From: a bacterium
GTDB lineage: Bacteria > Zixibacteria > MSB-5A5 > GN15 > FEB-12
Assembly: GCA_043811375.1 (NCBI GenBank)
Contig: JBDRNJ010000087.1
Coordinates: 1-45,342, forward strand
Length of the DNA stretch: 45,342 nucleotides
Reading direction: 5' to 3'
Of the stretch, positions 1 through 9,210 are shown one piece after another. A program made the translations under genes and the position numbers. Every line of letters begins with the position of its first letter. Positions within the stretch are counted from its first letter, which is position 1. The notes below the pieces were generated by a model. The model saw only the letters and a program-made list of their open reading frames with translations. It made no database searches and was not told the origin of the DNA.

Positions 1-1527
1 GGCGATCTCCACGTGGCTGCGCTCTGAGAGCGAGTAGTCGATGGTGGTCACCGGATTGAAAGGGTTGGGGTAATTCTGCGACAGGTGGAAACTCTGCGGT
101 GTTTCGGACTCATCGTCTCCAACCGCCGTCGCCAGGGTCGGGCTGGTGCGAACTCTGATAGCGACATCGACGCTGTCGGGTCCCATGTCGAGCCAGGAAC
201 TGCCGTTGTTGCTGAGGTATGTTTTGGCTGTCTCATAGGAACCGATGTTATCGACCACAACGGGCCACGCATAGCTGGCGTTGGTAAATTTGACTACCGC
301 GTAGACGTCATCGCCGGAGGTGATCTCCGGAGCCAGGCCCAACAGCGGCACCGAATGGTACCCGGCCTCGTTGAAACTGGTGTCCAGCTTGCTGACCAGC
401 AGGTTGCTCAACGTGGATCCGTCGAAGTCGTCGTAGATGTAAATATCCACGTCGGTGGTGACGTCATTGGCCCAGAACTCCACGGCGGAGAGATACATGG
501 TCGAGGAAAAGACATACTTGCACATGCCCCAGGCGGTAACTGCACTGAAACCGTAGCTGCCGGTCCAGCCACCCTCATCGTAGTACAACAGTTCGCCGTT
601 GGCATCAAAGTCCTGCCAACCGGAAATATACGATGACCAACGGCCGATATTGGCCGAACCGTAAGCGATTGTGAAGTAGCCTGCCTCGGCACCATAACCG
701 CAGGTACCACCCCAACCGGTACCCCAACTGTTCTTGACGATCCACCCGCCGGTGCCCCCGGCGTGGGTAAAGGTGTCATCCCAGCCTACAATCAGAACCG
801 CATGGTTGGGCGCCCAGGTGCCGGTATAGTACAGCGTGTAGGAGCCGTCATAACCGTTGAACTCACTGTCCCAGGAGGCATCACTGGCATCACCGGCGTA
901 GATAGTGGTATAAACCGGTCCGTTTTCATAGATGTAGTTTTGCAGCACGGTAGTCGAGGGAACGCCACTGGTTGAGATGATATTCCAGCCCAGCAAAGTT
1001 TTGATATAGGTACAACTGGAATTACAACTGACGTCGCCGGCTACATAGGGATCACATGATTCCAGCACGATTCCCTTTTTGGACAACCAGCTGGCCATAT
1101 CATAGTAATTGCCGCCGCTGCAACTGTTATCATACCAGTGGCACTCCTTGGCATTGTTTTCCGACAGATCAAAAGTACCGGCGCCGTCGATGAGCAATTG
1201 GGATTCGATGTCGGCCAGCGACGCAAAGGCATAACATGCACCGCAGGTACTCTGGTTCTTGACTGAAGTGACCTTCCCCTGCTGACGCCAGTCCCACTGG
1301 ATCGGCAGCACCAGTGTGGCCAGCCGATCAGATTCCCGGGGCGTCGACAGATGAGTAAGGTCCATCCGGGGTGCAATGAACCCCCGTCCCGACGGCATGT
1401 CGCGCGGTTGTTCGGGAAGCTGTGGTGCTTCTTCGGGAACTTGAGCGAGACTGCTTCCCACTAAGACGAGCAACAAGCTCGCACTGAGAACCGCCGCTAT
1501 CAATGATATTCTACTGACCATCTTCAT
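1..1527 (-). CDS. Secreted papain-family (C1A) cysteine protease with lectin-like domain and T9SS-type C-terminal sorting tail; runs off the left edge (partial)
   Basis: Manual translation from ATG at 1527 is open to position 1. Signal peptide MKMVSRISLIAAVLSASLLLVLVGSSLA; C1A motifs LPIQWDWRQQGKVTSVKNQSTCGACYAF, NHAVLIVGWDD, WIVKNSWG; tail FHLSQNYPNPFNPVTTIDYSL. Absent from the ORF track because no stop lies inside the window. Confidence 0.92.
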   Translation of the reverse strand, partial: MKMVSRISLIAAVLSASLLLVLVGSSLAQVPEEAPQLPEQPRDMPSGRGFIAPRMDLTHLSTPRESDRLATLVLPIQWDWRQQGKVTSVKNQSTCGACYAFASLADIESQLLIDGAGTFDLSENNAKECHWYDNSCSGGNYYDMASWLSKKGIVLESCDPYVAGDVSCNSSCTYIKTLLGWNIISTSGVPSTTVLQNYIYENGPVYTTIYAGDASDASWDSEFNGYDGSYTLYYTGTWAPNHAVLIVGWDDTFTHAGGTGGWIVKNSWGTGWGGTCGYGAEAGYFTIAYGSANIGRWSSYISGWQDFDANGELLYYDEGGWTGSYGFSAVTAWGMCKYVFSSTMYLSAVEFWANDVTTDVDIYIYDDFDGSTLSNLLVSKLDTSFNEAGYHSVPLLGLAPEITSGDDVYAVVKFTNASYAWPVVVDNIGSYETAKTYLSNNGSSWLDMGPDSVDVAIRVRTSPTLATAVGDDESETPQSFHLSQNYPNPFNPVTTIDYSLSERSHVEIA

Positions 1528-1721
1528 CCCCACCGTTAAGAAGGTTGTTGCAAACAGAGATTGTATATCACTGGTTTCGTCACTGATAATCGATGACTTA
1601 ACGGCTCTGACTGCTTCCCGAACAGAAACCGGCCCTGCCCCGATTGTACGACTGTTTAACCGGAGATTCAGTCGACCGGTGCCGGATTAACTGTGCAAAA
1701 AAAGAACATTCAGATGGTTGT

Positions 1722-1750
1722 TTGACGACCTGAGCAGGTTATTGTACTTT
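1722..1750 (+). promoter_or_regulatory. Putative sigma70-like promoter of the methyltransferase
   Basis: TTGACG-17 nt-TACTTT, about 40 nt upstream of ATG 1793. Confidence 0.4.
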
Positions 1751-1792
1751 GTGCACGGCGGTGTGCAAGTTGATCATCGCCGGAAACGTACT

Positions 1793-2398
1793 ATGACTGA
1801 TGAAGAACTTGTCAGGACCGGCTACGACAGGATAGCTCAGCGCTATGCCGACGACCGATACCGGTTTGCCAACTGGAAGGAACTTCAGGAGTTCTCCTCA
1901 GAGTTGCCGAAATCAGCCCGTTTGCTGGATGTCGGCTGTGGCGCCGGGGTTCCGGTAACGAAGTACCTGTGTAACCTTGGTCACGAGTTTGTCGGTATTG
2001 ATATCTCCGAGAGCATGTTGACTCTGGCGCGGCAGAACGTTCCGCAAGCGACCTTTGTCAACATGAACATGACTGCTATCGATTTCCCGGACGAATCATT
2101 CGACGGCCTGACATCTTTTTACTCTGTCTTCCATGTCAACCGACTACTCCATCGTGACCTGTTTGCTACCTTCCGGCGTGTCCTGAAACCGGGCGGGATT
2201 ATGCTGGTTTCGGTGGGTTATGATGCCTGGGAGGCGACTGAAGAATTCTACGGAACCCTCATGTACTGGAGCAATTACGACTCGGAGGAATCGCTCGGAT
2301 TGATAAAACAGGCCGGCTTTGACATACTGTTTGACAGGCTGGTGACAACCAACAACGAAACTCACTGCTGGGTGCTGGCCCGGGCAGCGAAGGATTGA
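1793..2398 (+). CDS. Class I SAM-dependent methyltransferase
   Basis: Motif I LLDVGCGAGVP, GIDISESML, FPDESFD, LKPGG; start taken at ATG 1793 (MTDEELVRTGYD). Confidence 0.88.
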   Translation: MTDEELVRTGYDRIAQRYADDRYRFANWKELQEFSSELPKSARLLDVGCGAGVPVTKYLCNLGHEFVGIDISESMLTLARQNVPQATFVNMNMTAIDFPDESFDGLTSFYSVFHVNRLLHRDLFATFRRVLKPGGIMLVSVGYDAWEATEEFYGTLMYWSNYDSEESLGLIKQAGFDILFDRLVTTNNETHCWVLARAAKD

Positions 2399-2881
2399 CT
2401 ACTTTTCAGTCGTTTTCCCAAGCCACTTAAACCCGAACAACTCCGTCAGCAGGCTTGGAAAAAACGACAGCCACAACAACAACGGCAGGGCGTCATTGAT
2501 GATGTACATCGGGATCACTATCCGGTAAAAGCTCCTGGACAGAGAGTACAATTCATTAAAGTGATAAACCGCCCAGGATAACAGCAGATGTCCCAGTACC
2601 AGGATCGCCACGCCGCCCACCAGTGCCGCCAGTGTCCGCCGCCAGTGTCTGAAGAATCCGGGTGAGGCCAGTACCAGCGCCAGGTACGGCACTAAGTTTG
2701 TGAAGTGTTCCACCACCAGCCCCAGCCACCACTTTCTGACTCCAACGAATTCAAAGAAGGGATCGGCGACGCCATCTATCCAGTAGGGGTATAGTCTCTG
2801 GTACCTGGTAAACCAGAGGTAGCCGAGCGCCAGTGAAAATACAAGCAGTTTAAGCAGAAACAGCCACAGGTTTTTTCTCAC
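2399..2881 (-). CDS. Exosortase H-associated membrane protein
   Basis: 160 aa with about 4 hydrophobic segments; NLVPYLALVLASP...GGVAILVLGH resembles a degenerate exosortase-like helix pattern; overlaps the 3' end of the exosortase gene. Confidence 0.65.
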   Translation of the reverse strand: MRKNLWLFLLKLLVFSLALGYLWFTRYQRLYPYWIDGVADPFFEFVGVRKWWLGLVVEHFTNLVPYLALVLASPGFFRHWRRTLAALVGGVAILVLGHLLLSWAVYHFNELYSLSRSFYRIVIPMYIINDALPLLLWLSFFPSLLTELFGFKWLGKTTEK

Positions 2882-3461
2882 GATACACCACCAGATACAG
2901 CCAACTGATCCATACTGTAGCGATCATTATGATCAGCGTGGCTTGCCAGAAATACAGATGCATGAAATCGAACACGGGCTGTGATATCGAACCGGCAATC
3001 AGCAGCACCATGATCCTGATTACGTTGAACAGGTAGATGGCCGGCACGCCGGCTACAATACCTATCAACTTTTTCCTGATACCGGCCGAAAAAGAGATCA
3101 CAGCCGCCAGGTAAATGACCATCTCCAGCAGTCCGGTGCACTCATCGATGATCTCCACGGAAAATCCGTGATAAGTGACGTACTTGCCGGAGTAGTAAAC
3201 GTCGTCGGTAAACAGTGACAGAACCGCGCCGGTGATGGTAGCGGTGGCGTCCATCAGCCACAACAGATCGTCATGGTATTCGGCCGTCAGATGCGAATAG
3301 GCCAGGCCAAGCAGCGCCAGGCTCAACAAAAACAACAACACAAACCGCAGTACCGGCGGGATTGACGGTAGACGCTTTTTCGACGACGGTTCCTTCTGAG
3401 TTACTTCGTTCTTGGGTTTCAGTGGCGATTGGAGTCGTTTCTTCTTACGATATCTGCCCAT
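2850..3461 (-). CDS. xrtH: Exosortase H (IPTL-CTERM-type exosortase/archaeosortase family)
   Basis: Multi-TM protein with Cys/Arg/His triad motifs SVEIIDECTG, FNVIRI, FDFMHLYFWQ, typical of the XrtH subfamily. Confidence 0.8.
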   Translation of the reverse strand: MGRYRKKKRLQSPLKPKNEVTQKEPSSKKRLPSIPPVLRFVLLFLLSLALLGLAYSHLTAEYHDDLLWLMDATATITGAVLSLFTDDVYYSGKYVTYHGFSVEIIDECTGLLEMVIYLAAVISFSAGIRKKLIGIVAGVPAIYLFNVIRIMVLLIAGSISQPVFDFMHLYFWQATLIIMIATVWISWLYLVVYREKKPVAVSA

Positions 3462-3533
3462 GAGAACAATTTAGTCAAAAGACTCCCGTTCGGCAACAGG
3501 AACTTTATCAGAGGTGATTGCGCGTATAAGAAA

Positions 3534-3560
3534 GTCGGAACCACAGGGGTTCCGACCTAC
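3534..3560 (-). repeat. GTAG-headed REP-like palindrome
   Basis: Reverse complement GTAG-GTCGGAACC-CCTGT-GGTTCCGAC; 23/27 identical to the copy at 14656. Confidence 0.7.
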
Positions 3561-3606
3561 CAGACATATGGTGAGAGGGCAAAGCGACAAGTCGTTTGAA
3601 TCGACG

Positions 3607-3858
3607 TCAGACAAACAACGTCGCCACCACCGCCAGCCAGATGATGGCGGCAGCGATAAACCCCGCCGAACGGCCGTTACCTGCAAAAAGGCAGACCGCC
3701 GAGTACACCAGGGCGATACCGAGGCGAGCGGTCCAGCGGTGCAGGTGCGTCAGGCTGTAAGCATCGGCCAGAAGCAGCAGTCCGGCCAGCAGAAGCGACA
3801 GGTAGACCAGCCACCAGCGTTGTTTCTTAATGTCTGGTTTGGTGTTGTCAATGGTCAT
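3607..3858 (-). CDS. Small hypothetical membrane protein (about 3 TM)
   Basis: 83 aa, strongly hydrophobic, start overlaps the amidase stop. Confidence 0.6.
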   Translation of the reverse strand: MTIDNTKPDIKKQRWWLVYLSLLLAGLLLLADAYSLTHLHRWTARLGIALVYSAVCLFAGNGRSAGFIAAAIIWLAVVATLFV

Positions 3859-5860
3859 GGTTGAATTCCTTGAGGAAGTTTGAGATTCCTCGTGTGATCG
3901 CTTTGGCCAGCCTTTTGCGGAATTTGCTCGTTTTAAGCATAGCCTCCTGTTCGGGTATCATCATAAAGGCGCACTCCAGCAGCACCGCCGGGTACTGAGT
4001 CGGCCGCACCACCGCCAGGTTGCCGTGGTACAATCCGTGGTCGGCAAGCCGGGTGGCTTTAACGAGTTCAGTGTGGATTGCGCGGGCGAGATTGATGGCA
4101 TGGGGGTGGTAGTAGTAAACCGATGTACCGTTATTGACAAACGGATTGGCCCCATCGGGCAGGGCGTTGTTGTGGATTGAAATAAACAAGTCGGCATCGT
4201 TGAGCATAGCAATCATCGGTCGGTCATACAGTTCTACGTGCCGGTCGTCCTCGCGGGTCATTACAACGTGCGCACCCTTTGACTTGAGTTCCTTGCGCAG
4301 GGCCAGAGCGATAGCCAGGTTGGCCTCGGCTTCGGTATAGCCGGTAGGTCCGACAGCGCCCGGATCGCCGGAGTGACCGGGATCGATTACAATAATTTTG
4401 TCTCGCAGTTTCCCGGTCTGTCGCGGAGGTTTGTTGAGTTGAAGACAGAAGCGGTTCCCCCGGTAGTAAGCGTCATATCCCCAGAGATCACCGTTGAGGT
4501 GAATATCCAATTGGTACAGGTCTTTTTCCGGTTGGGACCAGACAACCAGGTCGATAAGCTCGTCATCGCAGTCGTAACGAATCCAGTCAGTGTTGCTGGT
4601 GACACCAAACAACTGCACCCGGATAGTACGGCGGTCACATTCGATGATACGAAATGGGTGTTTGCCTGACAGAGGAAACGTGATTAGAACATGGTTCTCA
4701 GTATCATAAGTGCGAATCGATGCCAGAAGAGACCGGGGCGGCAGGATACCCTGCGACAGGGGTTGCACTGATGACTTCTTCACCCAGCCAGTCTGTGTGG
4801 CCGAAAGTCTGATTTTGTACCAGTCGCCCTCAGCCCCCACCACCAGCGCCTGAACACCGGCCGGTTGAAATATCGACAGGTAACCCAATCCCGGTCCGTG
4901 GCGCACGATCTGAACCGAGTCTGTGAACTCTACCGTGAATGGAAACGACGATGAGTTCATGGTCACCGTGTATGAACCGGCAGTCTGAATCGTATCGGCA
5001 CCAAGTAACTTCACCGCCTCGACATCGGCCGGGTGGTAAGGCGGGAGCAGGAAGTTGCGCACGATCTCCCTCACGGGCGCGACCAGGTAGTATTGGATGC
5101 GGACCGTGTCAGTGCTGATGTCGGCCGGCACGTCATAGAAACCGGCGTACATCCCCGACAGAAGCCGCGAAGCGGGCAGGGCGCCGGCTCCAAACACTGA
5201 TTGTTTCCCACTCTCCGCAGTCGGTAATCCCATCTCGGTCATCGACACTGAATCAATCACTCCGGGCAGGGCGAACCAGGCCCGGCAACCAGGTGTACCG
5301 CGAAAACGAACTTGAAGTCTGTCACCGGTATGCAGCACCAGGTCACCCGGCGGAGGGGGAAACTCCTGCCCGATCATTAGACTGTCCTTCGGAAGAACCG
5401 GGAGTGGCATAGCTACGTTTATCACGAGGGAATCGGTGAGATGAACGGGCGCCCGCTGCTTTGTGTTCGAACGTTGCCGTGCTTTCAGACGCCATTGTCG
5501 GGGGGAAAGCTCGATAATCCGACTGGCGACGTCAGCCTCCAGTCGAAACATAAACCGACCCGGTCGCACCGGCAGGAAGGCCAGGAAACCGCCCTCGATA
5601 TGGACAGCTACCGGTTGACCGTTGATTATCAACCGTTGTACCTGCATCCCTTCCGGCAGAACCACGTGCCCGAAGATGAAGGTGGAGTCGACTCTCGCTA
5701 TTGTCTGATCTGGTTTGGGGTATATGACGTTGATACGAGCTGTGTCAACAGTAACAGACACAGAAACGGGTGCCGCAATCGCTCCGGTAGCGGACAACGG
5801 CAGGATAAGGCAGGTCAGAATGAGCCGCTTAATCGCTGATATACTTCTCGACCACGTCAC
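3848..5860 (-). CDS. N-acetylmuramoyl-L-alanine amidase (Amidase_3) with SH3-like domain and long N-terminal extension
   Basis: Signal peptide; C-terminal IVIDPGHSG, TEAEANL, FISIHNN, AVLLECAF zinc/catalytic motifs; GDWYKIRL...GWV SH3-like segment. Confidence 0.9.
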   Translation of the reverse strand: MTWSRSISAIKRLILTCLILPLSATGAIAAPVSVSVTVDTARINVIYPKPDQTIARVDSTFIFGHVVLPEGMQVQRLIINGQPVAVHIEGGFLAFLPVRPGRFMFRLEADVASRIIELSPRQWRLKARQRSNTKQRAPVHLTDSLVINVAMPLPVLPKDSLMIGQEFPPPPGDLVLHTGDRLQVRFRGTPGCRAWFALPGVIDSVSMTEMGLPTAESGKQSVFGAGALPASRLLSGMYAGFYDVPADISTDTVRIQYYLVAPVREIVRNFLLPPYHPADVEAVKLLGADTIQTAGSYTVTMNSSSFPFTVEFTDSVQIVRHGPGLGYLSIFQPAGVQALVVGAEGDWYKIRLSATQTGWVKKSSVQPLSQGILPPRSLLASIRTYDTENHVLITFPLSGKHPFRIIECDRRTIRVQLFGVTSNTDWIRYDCDDELIDLVVWSQPEKDLYQLDIHLNGDLWGYDAYYRGNRFCLQLNKPPRQTGKLRDKIIVIDPGHSGDPGAVGPTGYTEAEANLAIALALRKELKSKGAHVVMTREDDRHVELYDRPMIAMLNDADLFISIHNNALPDGANPFVNNGTSVYYYHPHAINLARAIHTELVKATRLADHGLYHGNLAVVRPTQYPAVLLECAFMMIPEQEAMLKTSKFRKRLAKAITRGISNFLKEFNHDH

Positions 5861-6860
5861 GTTTTAGTTTGGGGCCACCGATGATTTCACGGTCGACCTC
5901 AATTGACTCCCTGTCATATTTGATCCCACTGGCTATATCGTTTTCCAGAAGCAAAGGACCGTCAAGATCGAAGTAATCGGCCTCGGCCGACATGTACACC
6001 GATTGAGCGATACTCACCGAGGATGCCACCATGCAGCCCAGCATCACTTTCTTCTTGTCCTTACGTGCCTGTCGGGCAATCCTGACTCCTTCGATTATGC
6101 CGCCGCATTTATCCATCTTGATATTGATACCGTCGACGTACTCGGCAAACCGCTGGTAATCTTCGAGGTTGTTGAAACCTTCGTCAAGAATCAACTCCAG
6201 ATTCTCCACCTTACCCTTCAAATGTGGCCAGTCCTGAACCGACTCCACAGCGGTCGGCTGCTCAATAACTGTGACGCCCAGTTTCGCCAGGCGGAATATC
6301 ATCTCCTCGGCTTTGGCGCAGGTCCAGCCGCCATTAACGTCGACGCGGATCGTCTTGTCGGTAATTTCATCAAGGGCATCCAACAGTTGCTCATCGTCCT
6401 CGCTGCCCATCTTCACCTTGACGATAGGATGTTCAGTTGCCTTGATAGCTGCAATCATCGCCTGTGGCTTGTCGATACTTATCGTGATGGAACTGCGAAT
6501 TCCTACCGGTGACCCCAGCGATAGCACCTCCCAGGGATACCGCCTCGATTCGCCGGAGAGGAAGTTGACAACCATAGCCGTCAGGGCCGACCTGGCCACC
6601 GGCGGGATTTCCAGTCGGCTTATCTCCTGCAGAGTACCAGTCGAGATGTTGCGACACTTTCTCAGATACTTCAAACCTTTGGCGATACCGGCCTCTATAT
6701 CGGCTATGCTGGGGCCGTAATAAACCGAGCCGGAAGCTTCACCGTGGTAACGGTTGTTGAGAATAGTCAGCAGGTTGGTCTTAACCTCAGCCTGCCCCTG
6801 GGAAACAACGAACTTCTTCTTCAATGGCAACGAAACCTTAATGCTCTGGACGTCAATCAT
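5829..6860 (-). CDS. L-Ala-D/L-Glu dipeptide epimerase (enolase superfamily, YkfB/YcjG-like)
   Basis: KVKMG, RVDVNGGW, IEQP, LDEG, INIKMDKCGG, MLGCM, DLDGPLLL motifs; adjacent to NlpC/P60. Confidence 0.85.
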   Translation of the reverse strand: MIDVQSIKVSLPLKKKFVVSQGQAEVKTNLLTILNNRYHGEASGSVYYGPSIADIEAGIAKGLKYLRKCRNISTGTLQEISRLEIPPVARSALTAMVVNFLSGESRRYPWEVLSLGSPVGIRSSITISIDKPQAMIAAIKATEHPIVKVKMGSEDDEQLLDALDEITDKTIRVDVNGGWTCAKAEEMIFRLAKLGVTVIEQPTAVESVQDWPHLKGKVENLELILDEGFNNLEDYQRFAEYVDGINIKMDKCGGIIEGVRIARQARKDKKKVMLGCMVASSVSIAQSVYMSAEADYFDLDGPLLLENDIASGIKYDRESIEVDREIIGGPKLKRDVVEKYISD

Positions 6861-7651
6861 GTTGTCATTCTCCTTGCCTGCGCGAAGTCTCGGTCAAGAT
6901 CCTCACGGTAATCGGGGAGACCTCTCTCCAGGGCGTTGATCCTCACTCCACCGCTACCCTGGGAGGCATGTATCAGGCGGTCACGGCCGATAGCCAGGCC
7001 GACATGCCGCCGGAAGAAAAGCAGGTCTCCGGTCTTTATACAATCCCGGTCTACCTTCTCCCCCTTCGAAATCTGGTCTTTCGTATCACGCGGAATGTAG
7101 ATTCCAAATCTCGAAAAAACCGTCCTAACCAATCCCGAGCAATCAAATCCGGTTACTGTTATCCCTCCCCACAGGTATGGCACGCCGAGAAATCGTTTAA
7201 CCTCGGCAACCAACCTGGCACCGGTGGGAAAAGGACTATTCTTCATACTAATCGGCGTCAAGTTGCCGGCCTTGACCAGTAAGCTGGTTCGGTCAGCCAG
7301 AATAACTCTCTTCAGACCCGACGAGTCCGGTCTAACATGCAACCGGGTACCATAGTACAGGAAGTACGGCGGCGGCGAGCCGCTCTTATTCCAGATCCGG
7401 GCTGTTCTAACAGTAATGACGGCGTTGATTGATGAAAGATGCTCTCGATAGCCTCTTGCTGATATTGCTCTCAGAAAACGGCTGTCGGCCCAGCCGGTGT
7501 AGCCGTCGGTTTGACGGACGCGGCAGAATCCCTTCTGCTCCGACATGACTTTCAACAGTTCACCGAAGAATAGCTGGCTGCGGCGTTCGCTGCCGTGACC
7601 TGGTTTAGCCCGCAGGTCCAGCAGGTTGGTTGTTACGAAAGCATAGCGCAT
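6857..7651 (-). CDS. SH3-NlpC/P60 peptidase (YkfC-like gamma-D-glutamyl dipeptidyl peptidase)
   Basis: SQLFFGE...DGYTGW SH3b-like region; PYLWGG, GFDCSG, GDLLFF, HVG, IHAS motifs; ATGA overlap with the epimerase. Confidence 0.88.
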   Translation of the reverse strand: MRYAFVTTNLLDLRAKPGHGSERRSQLFFGELLKVMSEQKGFCRVRQTDGYTGWADSRFLRAISARGYREHLSSINAVITVRTARIWNKSGSPPPYFLYYGTRLHVRPDSSGLKRVILADRTSLLVKAGNLTPISMKNSPFPTGARLVAEVKRFLGVPYLWGGITVTGFDCSGLVRTVFSRFGIYIPRDTKDQISKGEKVDRDCIKTGDLLFFRRHVGLAIGRDRLIHASQGSGGVRINALERGLPDYREDLDRDFAQARRMTT

Positions 7652-7748
7652 GAGGTAAAGTACCTGAGAGACAAGTGTCAATCAAACAAAAACGAGAGGA
7701 AAAACCTACAGGGAGAGGGTAGATTTCAAGTAGCCACATATTATGTGA

Positions 7749-7776
7749 TTGACATTACGTGAAACCAGGCTATCAT
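7749..7776 (+). promoter_or_regulatory. Putative sigma70-like promoter upstream of the REP cluster and orphan genes
   Basis: TTGACA-16 nt-TATCAT in an AT-rich intergenic stretch. Confidence 0.5.
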
Positions 7777-7810
7777 GATATTGATATGGTACATGGTACT
7801 CCACCTAACA

Positions 7811-7889
7811 GGTGGGTTTCATAACCCACCCGATGGGCGGGCTACAGATTGTGCCCCGATGTAGCCGTCACGAAAGAGTTCGTGACGGC
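7811..7889. repeat. Cluster of REP-like palindromes
   Basis: GGTGGGTT-TCAT-AACCCACC; minus-strand GTAG-CCCGCCC-ATC-GGGTGGG (7825-7845); plus-strand GTAGCCGTCACGAA-AGAG-TTCGTGACGGC (7861-7889). Confidence 0.7.
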
Positions 7890-7916
7890 GGGTCAAAAAG
7901 TTTGGAGGTAACTACC

Positions 7917-8633
7917 ATGAGAGATCTTCTTCCATTGTTTGCTCTGCTCTCACTCGTGACTCTGGGATGCAACGGTCAGAAGGACTCCTCACCGTCGCCA
8001 CGTCAATCGTCCACGTCCGCGACGCCAGCGCATGGGCCGAGCTCCAAAGCTCCGAGCATCCCGCCAGATGTTTCGTACTCGATCATCAATTCGGAAAAGG
8101 TCCAGGGCGTGAAGCGCAGCCTTGAGGTTCAGCTCAACAAGAAAGTATCCGAAGAAACGTTTCGCGCAATCGCCTTGGAATTGAAGTCGCGAGACTCGCA
8201 GGATTATGATCGCACTTTCATTACTTACTACCTTCCAGGGATGAGGGTGGGTACCGGGGCGTGGGCAACAACTCATTTCGATCCCGACCTGGAAGTACGC
8301 ATCTTGGGCCTTACAGCCGAGGAAGAGACAAGACTAGCCACCGAACCTGCTCCAGCGAATCGCAAGGTCATCGGTCGGTGGCTTGATGAAAGCCCATATG
8401 TCGGCAGCCGTATCACAATCTTCCGCGAAGGTGGAAAACTGTATATCGAACAGAAGTTCAAAGATGGGAGCAGCCTTAAGATGGAGCTATTGGAAAAGCG
8501 ATCCCCGCTAGGTCGTCGCTTCGATAAGCTGGAAGGTTCGAGTACTGGGGATCACTGGGTCATCGACTCTCACGGGAACCTGCAGATGCGCGACAATGAT
8601 GGACTGATCGAAACAGCAAAGAAGATTGAGTGA
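7917..8633 (+). CDS. Hypothetical lipoprotein
   Basis: GGAGG RBS then ATG 7917; lipobox signal MRDLLPLFALLSLVTLG-C, Ser/Pro linker, then an unrecognised globular domain. Confidence 0.75.
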   Translation: MRDLLPLFALLSLVTLGCNGQKDSSPSPRQSSTSATPAHGPSSKAPSIPPDVSYSIINSEKVQGVKRSLEVQLNKKVSEETFRAIALELKSRDSQDYDRTFITYYLPGMRVGTGAWATTHFDPDLEVRILGLTAEEETRLATEPAPANRKVIGRWLDESPYVGSRITIFREGGKLYIEQKFKDGSSLKMELLEKRSPLGRRFDKLEGSSTGDHWVIDSHGNLQMRDNDGLIETAKKIE

Positions 8634-8667
8634 GCTGGCGGTGCTTAGCGTCGCAGACATTCATTTT

Positions 8668-8694
8668 GTAACGCCGCGAGTCGGCGTGACCTAC
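8668..8694 (-). repeat. GTAG-headed REP-like palindrome between the two orphan genes
   Basis: Reverse complement GTAG-GTCACGCCG-ACTCG-CGGCGTTAC. Confidence 0.6.
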
Positions 8695-8717
8695 TGTTAC
8701 TACGTGAGAGGAAAAAG

Positions 8718-9200
8718 ATGATGACACCGTACGAGATAATCAGTTTCCTCATCGCCATTGTCGCGCTTATGATATCCGCTCTGTCGCTGTACCGAGCATG
8801 CAAAGTCCAAGCGAAGCAGCTTGAGTTTGAGGCGATCACTGCGGCACTGGCAAAGAAGCAACTCCAACTCCTCGAGAAACAGGAACAGACTCAGGACCAA
8901 GCACGCGTGACGGCGGAATTGGTCAAGGTCGGAAGGACCGACTTTCGATTCGTCATCATGAACCAAGGAACCGCTGTAGCCTCGGACGTCACATTTGAGA
9001 TTGACCCCACGAGCCCCGACAATCCCCTAGTAGGAAACGAATGCCAACGCAAGCTCCCGTACCCATCTTTGCAGCCCGGCCAGTCGTTCACCCTCATTGC
9101 CGGTTTCCACATGGGCAGTACCATGTCGTATGACACGCACCTCAAATGGAAGAACCCCGATGGTTCGCAGGCAGCCAATGATGTCCATCTGTCAACATGA
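8718..9200 (+). CDS. Hypothetical protein: N-terminal TM helix, coiled segment, beta-rich C-terminal domain
   Basis: GAGAGG RBS; 160 aa ORF; hydrophobic IISFLIAIVALMISALSLY; no recognised family. Confidence 0.7.
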   Translation: MMTPYEIISFLIAIVALMISALSLYRACKVQAKQLEFEAITAALAKKQLQLLEKQEQTQDQARVTAELVKVGRTDFRFVIMNQGTAVASDVTFEIDPTSPDNPLVGNECQRKLPYPSLQPGQSFTLIAGFHMGSTMSYDTHLKWKNPDGSQAANDVHLST

Positions 9201-9210
9201 ATCGGAGCCC

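Noticed and set aside
230..275. Possible frameshift in the protease before the T9SS tail
   Set aside because: Re-reading shows the frame stays open (DNIGSYETAKTYLSNNGSSW)
48..1376. ORF-track ORFs 48-272, 85-636, 408-779, 763-975 and 1041-1376
   Set aside because: Shadow frames of the real minus-strand C1A protease gene (1-1527)
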